A stretch of DNA of 64,000 nucleotides from Leidyana gryllorum EB-2025a (Eukaryota > Protista > Apicomplexa): positions 93,710 to 157,709 of the forward strand of contig JBLWGC010000177.1 of assembly GCA_048772705.1 (NCBI GenBank), given 5' to 3'. Below, in pieces: positions 62,501 through 64,000 of the stretch. The notes beneath the pieces are model-generated. The model did not search any database. It was not told where the DNA came from and saw nothing but the letters and a program-made list of their open reading frames with translations. Position 1 is the stretch's first letter. Every line of letters starts with the position of its first letter. The position numbers and the translations under genes were made by a program.

Positions 62501-64000
62501 TCCTCAGTGGAGGTAGTCGGAGGCACAGTAGTGGTAGGAGGCTGCTCGACAACAGTGGTGGTCGGTTCCTCAGAGGAGGTAGTCGGAGGCACAGTAGTGG
62601 TAGGCGGCTGCTCGACAACAGTGGTGGTCGGTTCCTCAGTGGTGGTAGGAGGCTGCTCGACAACAGTGGTGGTCGGTTCCTCAGTGGAGGTAGTCGGAGG
62701 CACAGTAGTGGTAGGAGGCTGCTCGACAACAGTAGTGGTCGGTTCCTCAGTGGAGGTAGTCGGAGGCACAGTAGTGGTAGGCGGCTGCTCCACAACAGTG
62801 GTGGTCGGTTCCTCAGTGGAGGTAGTCGGAGGCACAGTAGTGGTAGGAGGCTGCTCGACAACAGTGGTGGTCGGTTCCTCAGTGGTGGTAGGAGGCTGCT
62901 CGACAACAGTGGTGGTCGGTTCCTCAGTGGAGGTAGTCGGAGGCACAGTAGTGGTAGGAGGCTGCTCGACAACAGTGGTGGTCGGTTCCTCAGTGGTGGT
63001 AGGCGGCTGCTCCACAACAGTGGTGGTCGGTTCCTCAGTGGAGGTAGTCGGAGGCACAGTAGTGGTAGGAGGCTGCTCGACAACAGTGGTGGTCGGTTCC
63101 TCAGTGGTGGTAGGAGGCTGCTCGACAACAGTGGTGGTCGGTTCCTCAGTGGAGGTAGTCGGAGGCACAGTAGTGGTAGGAGGCTGCTCGACAACAGTGG
63201 TGGTCGGTTCCTCAGTGGTGGTAGGAGGCTGCTCGACAACAGTGGTGGTCGGTTCCTCAGTGGAGGTAGTCGGAGGCACAGTAGTGGTAGGAGGCTGCTC
63301 GACAACAGTGGTGGTCGGTTCCTCAGTGGAGGTAGTCGGAGGCACAGTAGTGGTAGGCGGCTGCTCGACAACAGTGGTGGTCGGTTCCTCAGTGGTGGTA
63401 GGAGGCTGCTCGACAACAGTGGTGGTCGGTTCCTCAGTGGAGGTAGTCGGAGGCACAGTAGTGGTAGGAGGCTGCTCGACAACAGTGGTGGTCGGTTCCT
63501 CAGTGGTGGTAGGAGGCTGCTCGACAACAGTGGTGGTCGGTTCCTCAGTGGAGGTAGTCGGAGGCACAGTAGTGGTAGGCGGCTGCTCGACAACAGTGGT
63601 GGTCGGTTCCTCAGTGGTGGTAGGCGGCTGCTCGACAACAGTGGTGGTCGGTTCCTCAGTGGAGGTAGTCGGAGGCACAGTAGTGGTAGGAGGCTGCTCG
63701 ACAACAGTGGTGGTCGGTTCCTCAGTGGTGGTAGGAGGCTGCTCGACAACAGTGGTGGTCGGTTCCTCAGTGGAGGTAGTCGGAGGCACAGTAGTGGTAG
63801 GCGGCTGCTCGACAACAGTGGTGGTCGGTTCCTCAGTGGTGGTAGGAGGCTGCTCGACAACAGTGGTGGTCGGTTCCTCAGTGGAGGTAGTCGGAGGCAC
63901 AGTAGTGGTAGGAGGCTGCTCGACAACAGTGGTGGTCGGTTCCTCAGTGGAGGTAGTCGGAGGCACAGTAGTGGTAGGAGGCTGCTGCTCGACGATCCGT
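44578..64000 (-). CDS. Giant type-I membrane mucin-like surface protein (>6,470 aa; 5' end outside window)
   Basis: A single stop-free frame runs from the window edge to the stop at 44578. About 6,250 aa are T/P/E/V/S repeats, followed by a short unique ectodomain, TM segment VYIAAAAAGVGSIGSFASGFWFA (about 44719-44790), an RR stop-transfer and a roughly 46-aa acidic tail. Confidence 0.9.
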   Translation of the reverse strand, partial: RIVEQQPPTTTVPPTTSTEEPTTTVVEQPPTTTVPPTTSTEEPTTTVVEQPPTTTEEPTTTVVEQPPTTTVPPTTSTEEPTTTVVEQPPTTTEEPTTTVVEQPPTTTVPPTTSTEEPTTTVVEQPPTTTEEPTTTVVEQPPTTTVPPTTSTEEPTTTVVEQPPTTTEEPTTTVVEQPPTTTVPPTTSTEEPTTTVVEQPPTTTEEPTTTVVEQPPTTTVPPTTSTEEPTTTVVEQPPTTTVPPTTSTEEPTTTVVEQPPTTTEEPTTTVVEQPPTTTVPPTTSTEEPTTTVVEQPPTTTEEPTTTVVEQPPTTTVPPTTSTEEPTTTVVEQPPTTTEEPTTTVVEQPPTTTVPPTTSTEEPTTTVVEQPPTTTEEPTTTVVEQPPTTTVPPTTSTEEPTTTVVEQPPTTTVPPTTSTEEPTTTVVEQPPTTTVPPTTSTEEPTTTVVEQPPTTTEEPTTTVVEQPPTTTVPPTTSSEEPTTTVVEQPPTTTVPPTTSTEEPTTTVVEQPPTTTEEPTTTVVEQPPTTTEEPTTTVVEQPPTTTVPPTTSTEEPTTTVVEQPPTTTEEPTTTVVEQPPTTTVPPTTSTEEPTTTVVEQPPTTTVPPTTTTEEPTTTVVEQPPTTTEEPTTTVVEQPPTTTEEPTTTVVEQPPTTTVPPTTSTEEPTTTVVEQPPTTTEEPTTTVVEQPPTTTVPPTTSTEEPTTTVVEQPPTTTEEPTTTVVEQPPTTTEEPTTTVVEQPPTTTVPPTTSTEEPTTTVVEQPPTTTEEPTTTVVEQPPTTTEEPTTTVVEQPPTTTVPPTTSTEEPTTTVVEQPPTTTEEPTTTVVEQPPTSTEEPPTTTTSTEEPPTTTTSTEEPPTTTTSTEVPPTTTTSTEVPPTTTTSTEEPPTTTTSTEEPPTTTTSTEVPPTTTTSTEEPPTTTTSTEEPPTTTTSTEVPPTTTTSTEVPPTTTTSTEVPPTTTTSTEVPPTTTTSTEEPPTTTTSTEEPPTTTTSTEEPPTTTTSTEEPPTTTTSTEVPPTTTTSTEEPPTTTTSTEVPPTTTTSTEVPPTTTTSTEVPPTTTTSTEVPPTTTTSTEVPPTTTTSTEVPPTTTTSTEVPPTTTTSTEVPPTTTTSTEEPPTTTTSTEEPPTTTTSTEVPPTTTTSTEEPPTTTTSTEEPPTTTTSTEEPPTTTTSTEVPPTTTTSTEEPPTTTTSTEEPPTTTTSTEVPPTTTTSTEEPPTTTTSTEVPPTTTTSTEEPPTTTTSTEVPPTTTTSTEEPPTTTTSTGITTEQPPTTEVTTTETRQPPKPTPSTEVPPTTTTSTEEPPTTTTSTEEPPTTTTSTEEPPTTTTSTEEPPTTTTSTEVPPTTTTSTEVPPTTTTSTEVPPTTTTSTEVPPTTTTSTEVPPTTTTSTEEPPTTTTSTEVPPTTTTSTEEPPTTTTSTEVPPTTTTSTEEPPTTTTSTGITTEQPPTTEVTTTETRQPPKPTPSTEVPPTTTTSTEEPPTTTTSTEEPPTTTTSTEEPPTTTTSTEEPPTTTTSTEEPPTTTTSTEVPPTTTTSTEVPPTTTTSTEVPPTSTTSTEEPPTTTISTISELTTTSTVTGVTTSTTTGIVLTTDLTEIPAGSDDVPTTTTVFITSPDDSTASYTTVTLSMETEDSSTTAVSMESSEEISSTAEPPTSTEEPPTTTTSTEEPPTTTTSTGITTEQPPTTEVTTTETRQPPKPTPSTEVPPTTTTSTEEPPTTTTSTEVPPTTTTSTEVPPTTTTSTEVPPTTTTSTEEPPTTTTSTEVPPTTTTSTEVPPTTTTSTEVPPTTTTSTEEPPTTTTSTEEPPTTTSTEVPPTTTTSTEVPPTTTTSTEEPPTTTTSTEVPPTTTTSTEEPPTTTTSTEVPPTTTTSTEEPPTTTTSTEVPPTTTTSTEEPPTTTTSTEVPPTTTTSTEVPPTTTTSTEVPPTTTTSTEVPPTTTTSTEEPPTTTTSTEVPPTTTTSTEVPPTTTTSTEEPPTTTTSTEVPPTTTTSTEEPPTTTTSTGITTEQPPTTEVTTTETRQPPKPTPSTEVPPTTTTSTEEPPTTTTSTEEPPTTTTSTEEPPTTTTSTEVPPTTTTSTEVPPTTTTSTEEPPTTTTSTEVPPTTTTSTEVPPTTTTSTEVPPTTTTSTEMPPTTTTSTEVPPTTTTSTEEPPTTTTSTEVPPTTTTSTEEPPTTTTSTEEPPTTTTSTEEPPTTTTSTEEPPTTTTSTEVPPTTTTSTEVPPTTTTSTEVPPTTTTSTEVPPTTTTSTEEPPTTTTSTEVPPTTTTSTEEPPTTTTSTEVPPTTTTSTEEPPTTTTSTEVPPTTTTSTEEPPTTTTSTGITTEQPPTTEVTTTETRQPPKPTPSTEVPPTTTTSTEEPPTTTTSTEEPPTTTTSTEEPPTTTTSTEEPPTTTTSTEVPPTTTTSTEEPPTTTTSTEVPPTTTTSTEEPPTTTTSTEVPPTTTTSTEEPPTTTTSTEVPPTTTTSTEEPPTTTTSTEVPPTTTTSTEEPPTTTMSTGITTEQPPTTEVTTTETRQPPKPTPSTEVPPTTTTSTEVPPTTTTSTEEPPTTTTSTEVPPTTTTSTEEPPTTTSSTEVPPTTTTSTEEPPTTTTSTEVPPTTTTSTEEPPTTTTSTEVPPTTTTSTEEPPTTTTSTEVPPTTTTSTEEPPTTTTSTEVPPTTTTSTEEPPTTTTSTEVPPTTTTSTEEPPTTTTSTEVPPTTTTSTEEPPTTTTSTGITTEQPPTTEVTTTETRQPPKPTPSTEVPPTTTTSTEVPPTTTTSTEEPPTTTTSTEVPPTTTTSTEEPPTTTMSTGITTEQPPTTEVTTTETRQPPKPTPSTEVPPTTTTSTEVPPTTTTSTEEPPTTTTSTEVPPTTTTSTEEPPTTTSSTEVPPTTTTSTEEPPTTTTSTEVPPTTTTSTEEPPTTTTSTEEPPTTTTSTEVPPTTTTSTEVPPTTTTSTEEPPTTTTSTEEPPTTTTSTEVPPTTTTSTEVPPTTTTSTEEPPTTTTSTEEPPTTTTSTEVPPTTTTSTEEPPTTTTSTEVPPTTTTSTEEPPTTTTSTEEPPTTTTSTEEPPTTTTSTEVPPTTTTSTEEPPTTTTSTEEPPTTTTSTEVPPTTTTSTEVPPTTTTSTEEPPTTTTSTEEPPTTTTSTEVPPTTTTSTEVPPTTTTSTEEPPTTTTSTEEPPTTTTSTEVPPTTTTSTEVPPTTTTSTEEPPTTTTSTEVPPTTTTSTEEPPTTTTSTEVPPTTTTSTEEPPTTTTSTEVPPTTTTSTEVPPTTTTSTEVPPTTTTSTEEPPTTTTSTEEPPTTTTSTEVPPTTTTSTEVPPTTTTSTEEPPTTTTSTEVPPTTTTSTEVPPTTTTSTEEPPTTTTSTEEPPTTTTSTEEPPTTTTSTEVPPTTTTSTEEPPTTTTSTEVPPTTTTSTEEPPTTTTSTEVPPTTTTSTEEPPTTTTSTEVPPTTTTSTEEPPTTTTSTGITTEQPPTTEVTTTETRQPPKPTPSTEVPPTTTTSTEVPPTTTTSTEEPPTTTTSTEVPPTTTTSTEEPPTTTTSTEVPPTTTASTEEPPTTTTSTEVPPTTTTSTEVPPTTTTSTEEPPTTTTSTEEPPTTTTSTEVPPTTTTSTEEPPTTTTSTGITTEQPPTTEVTTTETRQPPKPTPSTEVPPTTTTSTEVPPTTTTSTEEPPTTTTSTEVPPTTTTSTEVPPTTTTSTEEPPTTTTSTEVPPTTTTSTEEPPTTTTSTEVPPTTTASTEEPPTTTTSTEVPPTTTTSTEEPPTTTTSTEVPPTTTTSTEEPPTTTTSTEVPPTTTTSTEEPPTTTTSTEEPPTTTTSTEEPPTTTTSTEVPPTTTTSTEEPPTTTTSTGITTEQPPTTEVTTTETRQPPKPTPSTEVPPTTTTSTEVPPTTTTSTEEPPTTTTSTEEPPTTTTSTEVPPTTTTSTEVPPTTTTSTEVPPTTTTSTEEPPTTTTSTEVPPTTTTSTEEPPTTTTSTEVPPTTTTSTEVPPTTTTSTEVPPTTTTSTEEPPTTTTSTEVPPTTTTSTEEPPTTTTSTEVPPTTTTSTEEPPTTTTSTEVPPTTTTSTEEPPTTTTSTEVPPTTTTSTEEPPTTTTSTEVPPTTTTSTEEPPTTTTSTEVPPTTTTSTEEPPTTTTSTEEPPTTTTSTEVPPTTTTSTEEPPTTTTSTEVPPTTTTSTEEPPTTTTSTEVPPTTTTSTEEPPTTTTSTEVPPTTTTSTEEPPTTTTSTEEPPTTTTSTEVPPTTTTSTEVPPTTTTSTEVPPTTTTSTEVPPTTTTSTEEPPTTTTSTEEPPTTTTSTEVPPTTTTSTEEPPTTTTSTEVPPTTTTSTEVPPTTTTSTEVPPTTTTSTEVPPTTTTSTEVPPTTTTSTEVPPTTTTSTEEPPTTTTSTEEPPTTTTSTEVPPTTTTSTEEPPTTTTSTEVPPTTTTSTEEPPTTTTSTEVPPTTTTSTEEPPTTTTSTEEPPTTTTSTEVPPTTTTSTEVPPTTTTSTEEPPTTTTSTEEPPTTTTSTEVPPTTTTSTEVPPTTTTSTEVPPTTTTSTEVPPTTTTSTEVPPTTTTSTEEPPTTTTSTEVPPTTTTSTEEPPTTTTSTEVPPTTTTSTEVPPTTTTSTEVPPTTTTSTEEPPTTTTSTEVPPTTTTSTEEPPTTTTSTGITTEQPPTTEVTTTETRQPPKPTPSTEVPPTTTTSTEVPPTTTTSTEVPPTTTTSTEEPPTTTTSTEVPPTTTTSTEEPPTTTTSTEVPPTTTTSTEEPPTTTTSTEVPPTTTTSTEEPPTTTTSTEEPPTTTTSTEVPPTTTTSTEVPPTTTTSTEVPPTTTTSTEVPPTTTTSTEEPPTTTTSTEEPPTTTTSTEVPPTTTTSTEEPPTTTTSTEVPPTTTTSTEEPPTTTTSTEEPPTTTTSTEVPPTTTTSTEVPPTTTTSTEVPPTTTTSTEEPPTTTTSTEVPPTTTTSTEEPPTTTTSTEVPPTTTTSTEEPPTTTTSTEVPPTTTTSTEEPPTTTTSTEVPPTTTTSTEEPPTTTTSTEEPPTTTTSTEVPPTTTTSTEEPPTTTTSTEVPPTTTTSTEEPPTTTTSTEVPPTTTTSTEEPPTTTTSTEEPPTTTTSTEVPPTTTTSTEEPPTTTTSTGITTEQPPTTEVTTTETRQPPKPTPSTEVPPTTTTSTEVPPTTTTSTEVPPTTTTSTEEPPTTTTSTEVPPTTTTSTEEPPTTTTSTEEPPTTTTSTEVPPTTTTSTEVPPTTTTSTEVPPTTTTSTEEPPTTTTSTEEPPTTTTSTEVPPTTTTSTEEPPTTTTSTEVPPTTTTSTEEPPTTTTSTEEPPTTTTSTEVPPTTTTSTEVPPTTTTSTEVPPTTTTSTEEPPTTTTSTEVPPTTTTSTEEPPTTTTSTEEPPTTTTSTEEPPTTTTSTEVPPTTTTSTEVPPTTTTSTEEPPTTTTSTEVPPTTTTSTEEPPTTTTSTEVPPTTTTSTEEPPTTTTSTEVPPTTTTSTEEPPTTTTSTEVPPTTTTSTEEPPTTTTSTGITTEQPPTTEVTTTETRQPPKPTPSTEVPPTTTTSTEEPPTTTTSTEVPPTTTTSTEEPPTTTTSTEVPPTTTTSTEEPPTTTTSTEVPPTTTTSTEEPPTTTTSTEVPPTTTTSTEVPPTTTTSTEEPPTTTTSTEVPPTTTTSTEEPPTTTTSTEVPPTTTTSTEEPPTTTTSTEVPPTTTTSTEVPPTTTTSTEEPPTTTTSTEVPPTTTTSTEEPPTTTTSTEVPPTTTTSTEVPPSTTTSTEVPPTTTTSTEEPPTTTTSTGITTEEPPTTTEVTTTETRQPPKPTPSTEVPPTTTTSTEVPPTTTTSTEEPPTTTSSTEVPPTTTTSTEVPPTTTTSTEEPPTTTTSTEVPPTTTTSTEVPPTTTTSTEEPPTTTTSTEVPPTTTTSTEEPPTTTTSTEVPPTTTTSTEEPPTTTTSTEVPPTTTTSTEEPPTTTTSTEVPPTTTTSTEEPPTTTTSTEVPPTTTTSTEVPPTTTTSTEEPPTTTTSTGITTEQPPTTEVTTTETRQPPKPTPSTEVPPTTTTSTEVPPTTTTSTEEPPTTTSSTEVPPTTTTSTEEPPTTTTSTEVPPTTTTSTEEPPTTTSSTEVPPTTTTSTEVPPTTTTSTEEPPTTTTSTGITTEQPPTTEVTTTETRQPPKPTPSTEVPPTTTTSTEEPPTTTTSTEVPPTTTTSTEVPPTTTTSTEVPPTTTTSTEVPPTTTTSTEVPPTTTTSTGITTEQPPTTEVTTTETRQPPKPTPSTEVPPTTTTSTEEPPTTTTSTEVPPTTTTTTGGFTTTVSQTESYTTWSISVSSPTLFTELPTTDLITEPECIWICVSEDIEAVREFLAERHAAKEKEESMGEFIAARGAFLPVVSESQEEDIHADAKDSYSAAEGKDLLSAAGFGADLIGTDDGSVLNSSSSSSETKSETMNDSWSGVYIAAAAAGVGSIGSFASGFWFARRNQQSSPTDETPVGDIYSEYDFDVVRHDEDAAARASLAQIDLDMF
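45240..61510. repeat. 30-bp coding tandem repeat TE(E/V)PPTTTTS (about 480 copies, estimated from lengths), punctuated by 18 copies of an 81-bp spacer module
   Basis: Visible unit CAGTGGAAGT(A/G)GTGGTCGTCGG(CGGTACTT/AGGCTCCT). The spacer containing CTGGGAGTGGGCTTGGGGGGCTGACGAG occurs at about 45320, 45611, 45992, 46673, 47477, 48638, 50039, 52430, 53111, 53582, 55553, 55784, 56435, 56966, 57917, 58895, 59606 and 60137. Confidence 0.97.
61511..63990. repeat. Second coding repeat domain: mixed 45-bp (EEPTTTVVEQPPTTT) and 66-bp (EEPTTTVVEQPPTTTVPPTTST) units
   Basis: Visible unit GGCTGCTCGACAACAGTGGTGGTCGGTTCCTCAGTGG, with or without a 21-bp GAGGTAGTCGGAGGCACAGTA insert. Confidence 0.95.

Noticed and set aside
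60177-63926. 1,249-aa Leu/Pro/Arg ORF in an alternative minus frame
   Set aside because: It is a frame-shifted reading of a stop-poor repeat. Nucleotide variation is synonymous in the Thr-rich frame, not in this one.
45240-63990. CRISPR-like or satellite interpretation of the repeat/spacer pattern
   Set aside because: There are no unique spacers and no cas genes. The context is eukaryotic and the units are codon-phased.

Overview
This window is eukaryotic, gene-dense, intron-containing DNA, most likely from a compact apicomplexan (gregarine-like) genome. That assignment is an inference from the CDC5, PI-PLC and GlnRS sequence types and a TRAP-like C-terminus. Bases 1-44.3 kb hold about 21 protein genes, most separated by only 12-110 bp and split by short GT-AG introns (mostly 40-65 nt), so the ORF track fragments them; I rebuilt the gene models by hand. 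In order they are: cytoplasmic dynein heavy chain (5' part), nucleoplasmin-like protein, transaldolase, guanylate kinase, CDC5/Cef1, a degenerate adenylate-kinase-like protein, an orphan, an RMI1/TDRD3-type OB-fold+RGG protein, a METTL6-like methyltransferase, a SUZ protein, PAP2, a myristoylation-motif orphan, PI-PLC, a GPI-type GDPD, an importin-9-like protein, a low-complexity Zn-ribbon protein, a head-to-head pair of LRR-like genes, a small membrane protein largely missed by the ORF track, RRP12 and GlnRS. Bases 44.6-64 kb are one uninterrupted >19.4 kb minus-strand reading frame encoding a giant (>6,470 aa) Thr/Pro/Glu mucin. It has hierarchical repeats, a membrane anchor resembling a rhomboid substrate and an acidic tail, and its N-terminus lies beyond the window. 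The best leads are this giant putative gliding/surface mucin, the divergent LRR(+PIN-like) pair, a candidate TATA-driven structured or spliced RNA at about 23.8-24.1 kb, and the extreme compaction with A/T-tract promoter-like signals. No rRNA, tRNA, CRISPR or transposon was recognised.
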